From positions 28,173 through 92,172 of the forward strand of contig JBMNUM010000006.1 of NCBI GenBank assembly GCA_050946275.1: a stretch of DNA of 64,000 bases. The letters run 5' to 3'. Shown piece by piece: positions 52,101 to 59,924 of this stretch. The position numbers and the translations under genes are program-made. This stretch comes from Coriobacteriales bacterium (lineage in GTDB: Bacteria > Actinomycetota > Coriobacteriia > Coriobacteriales > CADBOM01). Numbering within the stretch: position 1 is the first letter of the stretch; each line of letters opens with the position of its first letter. The notes below the pieces were generated by a model. That model ran no database searches and was not told the origin of the DNA. It saw only the letters and a program-made list of their open reading frames with translations.

Positions 52101-53063
52101 AGCCACGCGGATCTCGATGACGGGGCACAGACGCTGCGCTTCCCGAACATCGGCACGGTTGCAACCGACAAAGAGGACGGTGACGACTTCATCAACCCCA
52201 CCGCGGGTGCCGTGGTTGTGGATATGGTTGCATACGGCGGGCTCGAGCCCGGGGCAGCCTATCGCATGGAGGCGACCCTCATGGACGCGACATCGGGTGA
52301 GCCGGTCGAGCTTGGAGGAGAGCCGGTGAAAGCGCTCCTGGATTTCACACCGGAGTCTCCGAGTGGAAACCTCGAAGTCGAGCTGCCGGTTGATGCAAGC
52401 GACCTTGCAGGCAAGAGACTCGTCGTGTTCGAGCGCCTTATGACAACTGGCGACGGCGAGAAGACCATCGCATCACATGAAAATCTCGACGACGAGGGCC
52501 AGTCTGTGTCGGTTCCCGCCCTGGGAACGAAGGCCCTCGACAAGGCCGATGGCAACAAGACCATTGCATCTGTTGCGGAAGCGACCATCATCGACACGGT
52601 CTCGTACGAGGGGCTGCTGCCCGGGCGATCCTATGTGGTCGAGGGGATATTGATGGATAAGTCCACCGGCAAGGCCCTGGTCATCGACGGGAGGAGGGTT
52701 ACCGCCACGCAGACATTCGTTCCCGATGCCCCGGCGGGTTCGGTGGATATGGAGTTCGCGTTTGACGGTTCCGGCCTCGCTCCGCGCAAGGAGATCGTCG
52801 CGTTCGAGACGATGTTTCATGATGGCAAGCAGGTGGCCACCCATTGCGACCTGAAGGATGAACGTCAGATGGTGACGGTCGAAAGCCGGCCTCTTGTGAA
52901 GGCACCGAATCCGACGCAGGGCACACGGTCCGGCTACGTGCCGAAGACGGGCGACGATATGAAATCGATGATGATCCTCTTCGCTGTTTTCGGCATCATC
53001 GGTGGTGTCGCCGTCGTGTTCGGGTTGCATCAGAAGGGCTCTTCGCCCCGGTCGCGGGAGTAG
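49161..53063 (+). CDS. Sortase-anchored surface adhesin: putative thioester domain, SpaA/CnaB-type domains, four VaFE-like repeats
   Basis: Signal peptide; AYCAD...QMAYW...GTQNLM; pilin-like K/E-box motifs (YFVKEMKAP, YRIAEVAPPTGY); 4 repeats with V[IVA]FE and H.DL.DE.Q; VPKTG + TM + charged tail. Confidence 0.88.
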   Translation: MLQTNFLPGSRVSRMALAAIAIAVLLCLGLLPSWTSSAYADTTYHAYARGIQRLVMGYVDGNGQSHTWNESVRAVDEDADGVNISTVAYCADLWTSPPPTGTVRRGDLRELYSQDKIDKMALVNVFVDQHSDIFYDDTYDESFRLFFRQMAYWKIQNMDNGKLRDTFLEDSERFGMTKAEVDALYDQVLAFINDPTNRARYVGHGYAYFGPAGTQNLMKVWYERKPTVEITKTAAGGQLLPGQSLSGAEYTVYRNENLTGKVETVSVGANGIGKGSACYDSGTYFVKEMKAPRNFTLDETVYKLVVKTGKTTATVKLQVQDFPQGKLSIRKTSAVPATTDGNPCYSFEGATFDIYADSELTNKVSTITVNKDGYGESDYLEASSGKTSGKRYYIREQQGSRGSNYAWNDTVYEANAMPGRIVAVGPGGKIDNVPQVDMIGVFLNKIDIETGAPVAQGDATLAGARFKVEYFANESGDTTTAPARTWTFTTDEQGRLDLQNADPEGDAPFRSHDGQTNVFPVGTYRIAEVAPPTGYLLPSVDRHGDNDGPWTVRVTGDGSVMGEQIATFNGGDEAVVQREQVIRGDLELIKVAEDGMQRLAGQPFILKSNTTGEMHVVVTDENGCISTASDWNSHEATTNANDPLGANGGRFDGTSNGAVAIAEDGSWYVADESKLDASSGVWFGLDSAGNWTERASDDEGALPYDGAYELIELPCAANEGLKTVDIHNIAVRRDGRVVDMGTIDDSRGPRIRTQAHDGATMTHVGSLSQECTLVDTVSYEGLDADQEYVLKARLMNAETGEPVTEGGEGVEGSATFTPQSSFGTVEVPISLDASELQGASTVIFESLVEASSGKEIASHADLEDEGQSIEFPPEVKTSAVDAADGDRNISPSGTQSIVDTVTYRGLKAGQEYTIRGTLVDKETGATLLAPDATAITAEVAFTPEEPDGTIDVVFEFGASMLAGKTTVVFEELLLEERSVCSHADLDDGAQTLRFPNIGTVATDKEDGDDFINPTAGAVVVDMVAYGGLEPGAAYRMEATLMDATSGEPVELGGEPVKALLDFTPESPSGNLEVELPVDASDLAGKRLVVFERLMTTGDGEKTIASHENLDDEGQSVSVPALGTKALDKADGNKTIASVAEATIIDTVSYEGLLPGRSYVVEGILMDKSTGKALVIDGRRVTATQTFVPDAPAGSVDMEFAFDGSGLAPRKEIVAFETMFHDGKQVATHCDLKDERQMVTVESRPLVKAPNPTQGTRSGYVPKTGDDMKSMMILFAVFGIIGGVAVVFGLHQKGSSPRSRE

Positions 53064-53177
53064 TCTGCAGCACCGTCGTGGTGGTTGCCCTAGGATACGT
53101 GCTATTCTATAGGGCACCACCCGACGGAACATCGAGCCGTTAAAACGAACAGCAACCGTACTAGGAGGCCGGTCTCC

Positions 53178-55013
53178 ATCGACGTTTCAGCTAACACCCG
53201 CATCTCCCGACTAGCCTGCATCCTCATCGCGGCGCTGCTCTCGTGTGCTCTCGCCGGCGTTTTCGCAGCGGGGGCCTCCTCGACTGCGGAGGGCGCCACG
53301 TACCTTTCGAAGGCGAGTCCCCTTGTCGCGCAGAAGAAAGAGGTGCGCGGCCTATGGATCAGCTATGGGGATTTTTACGACCTTGGGCTTGCGAACAAGA
53401 GTCAGGTCGTGTACACGGCCAATCTCAAGAAGGCCTTTGTCGAGGCCAAGAAGTACGGCGTCAACACCGTCTACTTCCACGTTCGTGCGTTTGATGACGC
53501 AACGTGGAAGAGCAGCACGTTCAAGGCATCGTCGTCGCTGACGAGCGATGCGAGCGCGAACGAGACGGCTAGGGAGACCTACAGCTACGACCCCTTGCAG
53601 ATCGCCATCACGCTTGCGCACCAGCAGGGGATGGAGCTGCATGCCTGGATCAACCCCTACCGCATCTCGATCAGCTACTTCTACGATCCTGCTTTCGGCG
53701 CGAGCCAGCGCCGCGTCATCACCGCCATCAAGGAGCTGAGCGCTTACAACATCGATGGCATCCATCTCGATGACTACTTCTACCATGCGGCCAAGGGCTA
53801 CAAGAAGATCACGGCAGGAGAGGGGAAGCCGAACCCGACCACGGCGGAGTCGATTCCAACTTCGAACGTTACCAAGAAGCGCAACTACGTCAACACGCTT
53901 ATCGCGCAGGCTTACACGGAAACGCATAAGAAGAGCGCGCGCAGCTTCGGCATCAGCCCCGCGGGCAACTACGAGAACTGCATGAATGATGGCGCCGATG
54001 TGACCACCTGGCTTTCGAAGAAGGGATACGTGGACTATCTGGTGCCGCAGATCTACTGGACGGATCAGTGGGGTTCGAGCGGCAAGACGACCATGTTCAC
54101 AAACCGCATGAACCAGTTCAAGAACGCGAACAAGCTCGGCATCCCGATGTACGCCGGACTTGCGCTCTATCGCACGGGATTCGCGCAATCCGACGACAAG
54201 GGCTGGGGCTGGAAGAACAACAACCTTGCCACGCAGGTGAGCAAGCTACGGGCCGCCAAACTCAACGGATTCGTCCTATTCTCGGGCACGTATCTGTTCG
54301 AGTCGAAGTGTGCATCGGAGCTAACGAACCTCAAGAACTACCTCTATCCGCCGTTCAAGACCATATCGGCATCCGGCATCACGCTTAAGAGCTACAACTG
54401 CCCCACGACGTTGATCAAGGGGGCTGGCTACGGCCTCAAGGGAACGCTGTCGTCGAGTAAGACGTTTAAGCGCGTCGAGGTCGGCATCGTGAAGAAGTCG
54501 ACGGGCAAATACGTTTCGGGACACTACTACAACAAGACGGGTTTGAATGCGAAGACGTTCGACGTGGCAAATGCCAAGACAAAGCTGGCGTTCAACACTT
54601 TGCCTGCGGGAACCTACTACTATCGCATCTGGGTGCATCCGACGAGCGGTAGCCCGGTTCGCGTGATCAACAGGCAGTTCACCGTCATCACGTTCACGCC
54701 GAAACTCGCCAACGCCACAAAACCCTCGACCTTGAAGAAGGGGAGTTACTTCACGATCAAGGGCACGGTGACCGCCAATACGACGATCAAGCGCGTCGAG
54801 GTTGGCGTGGTGAGCAAATCGACTAAGAAGTATGTGGCGAAGTGCTATTACAACAACACCAATGTCAACGCGAAGAGCTTCAACGTTGCCCGGGCTGACA
54901 GCTCGATAAACTTCGACAAGCTCGCACGCGGCGGCTATTACTATCGCATCTGGGTGCATCCGACCGCGGGCAAAGCCGTGTGCGTCTGCAACAAGGGCTT
55001 CACGGTCTACTAG
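53178..55013 (+). CDS. Secreted GHL10/YngK-like glycoside hydrolase with two C-terminal repeats
   Basis: EVRGLWI, NTVYFHVR, YDPLQ, ELHAWINPYR, IDGIHLDDYFY, FGISPAG, DYLVPQIYW; in-frame signal peptide upstream of GTG 53343; start proposed at ATC 53178. Confidence 0.85.
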   Translation: MDVSANTRISRLACILIAALLSCALAGVFAAGASSTAEGATYLSKASPLVAQKKEVRGLWISYGDFYDLGLANKSQVVYTANLKKAFVEAKKYGVNTVYFHVRAFDDATWKSSTFKASSSLTSDASANETARETYSYDPLQIAITLAHQQGMELHAWINPYRISISYFYDPAFGASQRRVITAIKELSAYNIDGIHLDDYFYHAAKGYKKITAGEGKPNPTTAESIPTSNVTKKRNYVNTLIAQAYTETHKKSARSFGISPAGNYENCMNDGADVTTWLSKKGYVDYLVPQIYWTDQWGSSGKTTMFTNRMNQFKNANKLGIPMYAGLALYRTGFAQSDDKGWGWKNNNLATQVSKLRAAKLNGFVLFSGTYLFESKCASELTNLKNYLYPPFKTISASGITLKSYNCPTTLIKGAGYGLKGTLSSSKTFKRVEVGIVKKSTGKYVSGHYYNKTGLNAKTFDVANAKTKLAFNTLPAGTYYYRIWVHPTSGSPVRVINRQFTVITFTPKLANATKPSTLKKGSYFTIKGTVTANTTIKRVEVGVVSKSTKKYVAKCYYNNTNVNAKSFNVARADSSINFDKLARGGYYYRIWVHPTAGKAVCVCNKGFTVY

Positions 55014-55187
55014 CGCACAGACCAAATTCCGAGCCGAGTATGACAGGCAGGCGTCTTGGCCGGGAGACGCGCAGCCCCCTTGTCACCCCACGCAGGCCGA
55101 TAGGCGTACGGCTTCCGGCTCGCGCGCTTCTTTCGTCTAACATGTATGCATAACCTGAGCAGACAAAAGGAAAGGAAGGCGTCGTCG

Positions 55188-56444
55188 ATGCCCAACCTCA
55201 TTGCCGTTGAAGATGCCCAGAACCTCGTTCTGGAGTTCACGACCCTCATGCCCGTTGAGACAGTTGCGATGCTCGATGCCCCCGGCCGAGTCGTTGCCGC
55301 GGATCTCACGAGTGATGTTGACATCAACGGCTTTGCCGATGCGGCAATGGATGGCTTTGCCCTCAAGGCGGCCGACATCGCCGAGGCGTCTGACGGCAAC
55401 CCCATCGAGCTCAAGATCGTCGACGTCGTCGGCGCCGGCGCGGTCTATGACGGCGAGCTGCAGCACGGTGAAGCTGTCCGCATCATGACCGGTGCCGCGA
55501 TGCCAGCCGGATCTGATGTGAACGTCAAGATCGAGGACGTGCAGGTGACCGGAGAGGGTGTCACGGGCGACACCGTCCTCTTCACCATTCCCGCAAAGGA
55601 GGGCGCGAACGTTCGCCAGCCTGGCGAGGAGGCCAAGGCAGGAGAGCTTGTGCTCGCGAAGGGAACCCTCGTCAACGCTGCGGCAGTGGGCGTCCTCGCC
55701 TCCACCGGCAACGTTGAGGTTCCCGTGTATGGGCGCCCCAAGGTCGGCGTCATCTCCATCGGTACCGAGCTCGTTGATTCCTCGACGGTGCCCGGTTTCG
55801 GGATGAAGCGCGACTCGAACCGTCACACCCTGGCGGCAATGGCCCGCAATGCCGGTGCCGAGGTTATCCTGTATCCCATCGTCCCCGATGTTCCCGAGAA
55901 GATCGAGGCGGCCTATCGCGAGGCGATCGCTCAGTGCGATTACGTTGTGTCGAGTGGTGGCGCATGTGGTGGCGACTTCGACTACATCACGCAGATCATC
56001 ACATCGCTCGCCGACATCAAGTTCGAGTACGTCAACATGAAGCCTGGCAAGGCGCAGACGTTCGGCGTCACGCCTGACGGCAAGCTCCTCTTCGGGCTCT
56101 CCGGCAACCCCGCGGCCTCCGCCACCGGATTCGAGATTCTCGTGAGGCCGTCGCTGCTCAAGGCGCAGGGCCACACCGCGCTGTTCCGCCCCATGGTCAA
56201 GGCCGTGCTCGAGGGTAATGCCAAGACGAAGGGGCCTCGTCGCCACCTGCTCCGCGGATGCCTGAAGTCCGATGGCAACGGCGGCTATGTTGCATCCCCG
56301 CTCGCCAAGCAGTCCTCCGCCCTCATCGGCGCGACGTCCCAATCGAACTGCTTCATCGTGATTCCCGAGGGCAGCGTCAAGGCCGAAAGCGGTATGGAGG
56401 TTACCTGCATCCGCATCGACATGCCCGAAGGCGCAGAGGTTTAG
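55188..56444 (+). CDS. moeA: Molybdopterin molybdotransferase
   Basis: AAMDGFAL, RIMTGA, GTEL, RDSN, SSGG, KPGK, LSGNP. Confidence 0.94.
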   Translation: MPNLIAVEDAQNLVLEFTTLMPVETVAMLDAPGRVVAADLTSDVDINGFADAAMDGFALKAADIAEASDGNPIELKIVDVVGAGAVYDGELQHGEAVRIMTGAAMPAGSDVNVKIEDVQVTGEGVTGDTVLFTIPAKEGANVRQPGEEAKAGELVLAKGTLVNAAAVGVLASTGNVEVPVYGRPKVGVISIGTELVDSSTVPGFGMKRDSNRHTLAAMARNAGAEVILYPIVPDVPEKIEAAYREAIAQCDYVVSSGGACGGDFDYITQIITSLADIKFEYVNMKPGKAQTFGVTPDGKLLFGLSGNPAASATGFEILVRPSLLKAQGHTALFRPMVKAVLEGNAKTKGPRRHLLRGCLKSDGNGGYVASPLAKQSSALIGATSQSNCFIVIPEGSVKAESGMEVTCIRIDMPEGAEV

Positions 56445-56656
56445 TTCCGGCCGTCCTGCCAGAACGGCCGGAGCGGGTCGACGCCGCGAGACGCCACAAC
56501 ACACCGCCTTGCCGCCCAACAAGAACCGGGCAGGCAAAAGCCCAGCCAGATTGTTTCACGACAATTCGATGCACTGCGGTGTCACTCGCTGAAGTTACGA
56601 GCGACGCCTTGCCCGTTGTTTGCGGATAAGCCTGCACGACTGCCCTCGCCGACTCA

Positions 56657-57337
56657 TCAGTGGCTTACGTCTTCCGTCTCCTTTAGTTCGAAGTAGCTTC
56701 GCGAATAGTCCACGAGACCGTCTTTGCGCATCCGACTCAGCTCTGCCGACATAGCCGAGCGATCGACCGACAAGTAGTCGGCGAGCTGCTGCCGGTTGAA
56801 GGGGATCGAAAAGCGTGATTTTCCCTGCCGCTGGGCTTCGGCCGAAAGATACGAGAGCAGCTTCTCCCTTGTGCTGCGACGACTCAAATGGCCGAGCTTC
56901 TCGTTCATCAGGAGATTCTTCTGCGCCAGCACCCTCACGAGGTTCTCGACGAGCCGCGCATGAAAAGCGCATGAGGAGGAGCATGTGGTAAGGATGCGGG
57001 CGATGTTGAGGAGCATAACCGTGCAACCGTCTCCTGCAACGACGCTGACGTTCGCCCTGGATTGCGGAATGCAGGCAAATACCTCTGCGAAGAGGTTGCC
57101 CGGCCCGATCGTGGTGAGGAGCTCTCGGTTTCCCCAGTAGTCCTCGCGCATCACGGTCGCGTGTCCGGACAGGACCATGCCGACGTTTTCCACGGCCTCG
57201 CCCGGTCTCAAGATGAAGTCACCTTTTTCAAAAGACTTTTGCGTTGCCTGCAGGCATTCGAGCATGGCGCCGACTTCGTTGCTGGCAATGTTTGCGAATA
57301 AAGGGCTCTCTGCAAGCACCTCATACGGGTAAGTCAT
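56657..57337 (-). CDS. Crp/Fnr family transcriptional regulator (HcpR-like)
   Basis: cNMP-binding fold (G..FAE) plus HTH RQQLADYLSVDRSAMSAELSRM. Confidence 0.9.
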   Translation of the reverse strand: MTYPYEVLAESPLFANIASNEVGAMLECLQATQKSFEKGDFILRPGEAVENVGMVLSGHATVMREDYWGNRELLTTIGPGNLFAEVFACIPQSRANVSVVAGDGCTVMLLNIARILTTCSSSCAFHARLVENLVRVLAQKNLLMNEKLGHLSRRSTREKLLSYLSAEAQRQGKSRFSIPFNRQQLADYLSVDRSAMSAELSRMRKDGLVDYSRSYFELKETEDVSH

Positions 57338-57355
57338 TCGATTTCTCCATACTCA

Positions 57356-57367
57356 TTGTAAATACAA
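57356..57367. promoter_or_regulatory. Palindromic Crp/Fnr-type operator
   Basis: TTGTA-AA-TACAA in the divergent promoter between the regulator and the 4Fe-4S gene. Confidence 0.6.
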
Positions 57368-57428
57368 CAGATATTTGAGCGCCTCGATAGTACTGTGGTA
57401 CAAGCGAAGAGGTCAAGGAGGCAAAGAT

Positions 57429-58151
57429 ATGATCAGGCGAATCATCGAGATCGACGAAGCGAAGTGCAATGGGTGCGGCATCTGCGCCGAGGCGTGCCAT
57501 GAGGGGGCCATCGGCATGGTCGATGGCAAGGCCAAGCTCCTGCGCGATGATTATTGCGACGGCTTGGGCGATTGCCTGCCCGAGTGCCCGACCGGGGCCA
57601 TCGCGTTTGTGGAACGAGAGGCCGCTGCATACGACGAGAAGGCCGTTGCCGACCATCTTGCGGCCAAGAAGACGCGGGAGGCTATGGAGAAGGCGGGGCA
57701 TGCCCACCACGGTGGCGGTTGCCCGGGCTCGCGCATGCAGGTTATGAGTCGCGAGGATACTCCGAAGAGTGCCGAGGCACGCGAGGTTCCCAGTCAGCTC
57801 TCCCAGTGGCCCGTTCAGATCAAGCTCGCGCCAGTCAGCGCTCCGTTCTTCGATGGCTGCGACCTGCTCATCGCAGCGGATTGCACGGCATACGCCTACG
57901 GGGATTTCCACAACCGCTTTATCAAGGGGCGGGTCACGCTCATCGGATGTCCGAAGCTCGACGCGATCGACTATTCCGAGAAGCTCACGCAGATTCTCGC
58001 CCAGAACGACATCCGCAGCATTACGCTCACTCGCATGATCGTTCCCTGTTGCGGCGGACTTGAGCAAGCCGTTCGCACGGCAATTGCGAATAGTGGAAAG
58101 GACATTCCCCTCGACGTGGTCATCGTCGGTATCGACGGCAAGCTTCAATAG
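57429..58151 (+). CDS. 4Fe-4S dicluster domain protein
   Basis: CNGCGICAEAC, CDGLGDCLPECP, GCPGS, QWPVQ, AADC, GCPKLD, VPCCGG. Confidence 0.9.
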   Translation: MIRRIIEIDEAKCNGCGICAEACHEGAIGMVDGKAKLLRDDYCDGLGDCLPECPTGAIAFVEREAAAYDEKAVADHLAAKKTREAMEKAGHAHHGGGCPGSRMQVMSREDTPKSAEAREVPSQLSQWPVQIKLAPVSAPFFDGCDLLIAADCTAYAYGDFHNRFIKGRVTLIGCPKLDAIDYSEKLTQILAQNDIRSITLTRMIVPCCGGLEQAVRTAIANSGKDIPLDVVIVGIDGKLQ

Positions 58152-58197
58152 GGGTGTAATCGCAAACACCCTGCGAAACCCCAGCATGACGAGCCTT

Positions 58198-58307
58198 TGG
58201 CAATTTGGGTCGAAAAAGGGCGTGTGTGACGCCCTTTTTCGTAACAAATTGCCAGAATCGGACCCTGCAGGCCGAAAACGACGCCCTTTTTCGAATCAAA
58301 TTGCCAG
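58198..58307. repeat. Three-copy ~27-bp repeat (one inverted, two direct)
   Basis: TGGCAATTTGGGTCGAAAAAGGGCGT / ACGCCCTTTTTCGTAACAAATTGCCAG / ACGCCCTTTTTCGAATCAAATTGCCAG. Confidence 0.8.
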
Positions 58308-58373
58308 GAGGCTTGCTGGGGGCTTCATATCGGCCCCTTGCGGGTTCGAATCCTCTGTGTGTTTCTTGGAAAT

Positions 58374-58397
58374 GAAAAAGCCCCTTGGATGGGGCTC
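58374..58397 (-). terminator. Terminator of the tRNA-Ser operon
   Basis: Minus strand AGCCCC-ATCCAA-GGGGCT-TTTT. Confidence 0.75.
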
Positions 58398-58407
58398 TTG
58401 TGTTTGA

Positions 58408-58500
58408 TGGCGGAGGAGGAGGGATTCGAACCCTCGAGACGGGGGTTGCCCGCCTAACGGTTTTCGAGACCGCCGCATTCAACCACTCTGCCACCCCTCC
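58408..58500 (-). tRNA. tRNA-Ser(CGA)
   Basis: GGAGGGGTGGCAGAGTGG...anticodon loop CT CGA AA, long variable arm, GGTTCGAATCC, G73 CCA. Confidence 0.96.
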
Positions 58501-58552
58501 GCGTATGTTGGGCTCTTGTTGGCCGTGGTTGCCTTAAAACAAAAAGTCGGAA

Positions 58553-58644
58553 TGGCGGAGAGCTAGGGATTCGAACCCTAGATACGGTTACTGCCGTATA
58601 CACGATTTCCAATCGTGCGCCTTCGACCTCTCGGCCAGCTCTCC
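58553..58644 (-). tRNA. tRNA-Ser(GGA)
   Basis: GGAGAGCTGGCCGAG...anticodon loop TT GGA AA, long variable arm, GGTTCGAATCC, G73 CCA. Confidence 0.96.
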
Positions 58645-58835
58645 ATTCCCATATCCGATTGTCAGCTGCACTTGCACGTGGCGATTGCAGCACGTGAGAG
58701 TATATCATTATTCGCCCGCGCGGGCATGTGAAGGCGATATCCGGAACGATAATCGCATGCGACTGGTTGCGGGGGCGGTCTGAAAAGACCTCGCCGGACT
58801 ATAAATCCACCGGGTTGAAGGGAGCGCGGTTCTCC

Positions 58836-59312
58836 TCAGCGTGCAGTCGGACTTCCGGGCGTTCTCCGCAAGGAGACGGCCATCCATACGAATGCCGCGA
58901 GCATGATCACGAGGCCCGCGCCGTCGAATGCCGCAAAACGCGAGATGCTCGCCTGAAGGATGTCGTGTCCTGCAGGTAGGCTGGCACTCAGGAGAAGCTC
59001 TCCCACCAGTCCCACTGCCTGCTGGGCGAGCACGACGACGCCCAGCGCCCTGAACCGTGTCGGGGAGATAATAACCGCCGGATACGTGCAATTCCACATG
59101 AGAAAGGCAATCCCGAGCCCCTGCACGGCCACCTTTCCCGCAACGCCGGAAAGCTCATAGGCCCCCACAAAGGAATCCGGCCAGCAAATGAACTGAACCG
59201 CGCATTGCACGTTGATGATGAAGACGATCAGGAAGGCTGCTCGAACAGCCCAGACAGCGGGTCTCTGGCGCATCTGCCCATTGGAAGCTCCGCTATGAGG
59301 ACTGGTCTCCAA
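58836..59312 (-). CDS. Hypothetical membrane protein (about 4 TM)
   Basis: Hydrophobic helices; follows the thioesterase in an operon. Confidence 0.7.
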   Translation of the reverse strand: METSPHSGASNGQMRQRPAVWAVRAAFLIVFIINVQCAVQFICWPDSFVGAYELSGVAGKVAVQGLGIAFLMWNCTYPAVIISPTRFRALGVVVLAQQAVGLVGELLLSASLPAGHDILQASISRFAAFDGAGLVIMLAAFVWMAVSLRRTPGSPTAR

Positions 59313-59315
59313 GGT

Positions 59316-59816
59316 CTAGATCTCCACGAACTCGGGACACGGGCGAGTGTCCTTGAAGAAATATTCGCGACCCTCTTCACCGCCGAGCTCGTAGATGTCC
59401 GCCTTGAGGTATTTGCCCCAAGCCTCGACGGCAACCGTGCCGTCCTCGAGGACGACTTGCCCGCGGGCATCGTAGACACGGGAGCGGTCACGCTCCACCC
59501 ATGCAATTGCACGGACGGGCTTATCGAGAGAGAGGGGCGCACGGTACTTCAGCGAAAGCTCGATGGTGACGGAGAGCTGGTAGGTGCTCTCGTTCTGAAT
59601 TGCCCTGCTGAGAATCTCGTCCATGAGAGAGCTTGTGATTCCGCCGTGAACGCGGTCGGGATAGCTCTGCAGTTCGAACCGCGGCATGAACTCCGCGTAC
59701 ACGCATCCGTCCTCGAGGTTCATGAATTGCGCGTGCAGTCCGATATGGTTGTCCATTCCGCACACGAGGCAGTTGTCTGCGATCAGCTGGTTGCCGACAA
59801 CGCGCCGGCGGGTCAT
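59316..59816 (-). CDS. PaaI/hotdog-fold thioesterase
   Basis: CLVCGMDNHIGL, QSYPDRVHGGITSSLMDE, VTIELSLKYRAP. Confidence 0.88.
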   Translation of the reverse strand: MTRRRVVGNQLIADNCLVCGMDNHIGLHAQFMNLEDGCVYAEFMPRFELQSYPDRVHGGITSSLMDEILSRAIQNESTYQLSVTIELSLKYRAPLSLDKPVRAIAWVERDRSRVYDARGQVVLEDGTVAVEAWGKYLKADIYELGGEEGREYFFKDTRPCPEFVEI

Positions 59817-59924
59817 CTCTCGTTTCACGTCAACTCCAAGGATATAAGCGTCAAATGCTGGTCTTTCCATGTTAGGGTAAGGAATATGGCAGGGCACGAC
59901 GTAACACTGCGAAAGGTAAGGGCC

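Noticed and set aside
55014-55187. Possible Moco riboswitch upstream of moeA
   Set aside because: Only a generic GACA...TGTC hairpin is visible and I could not identify the conserved Moco RNA elements; an Rfam scan would settle it.
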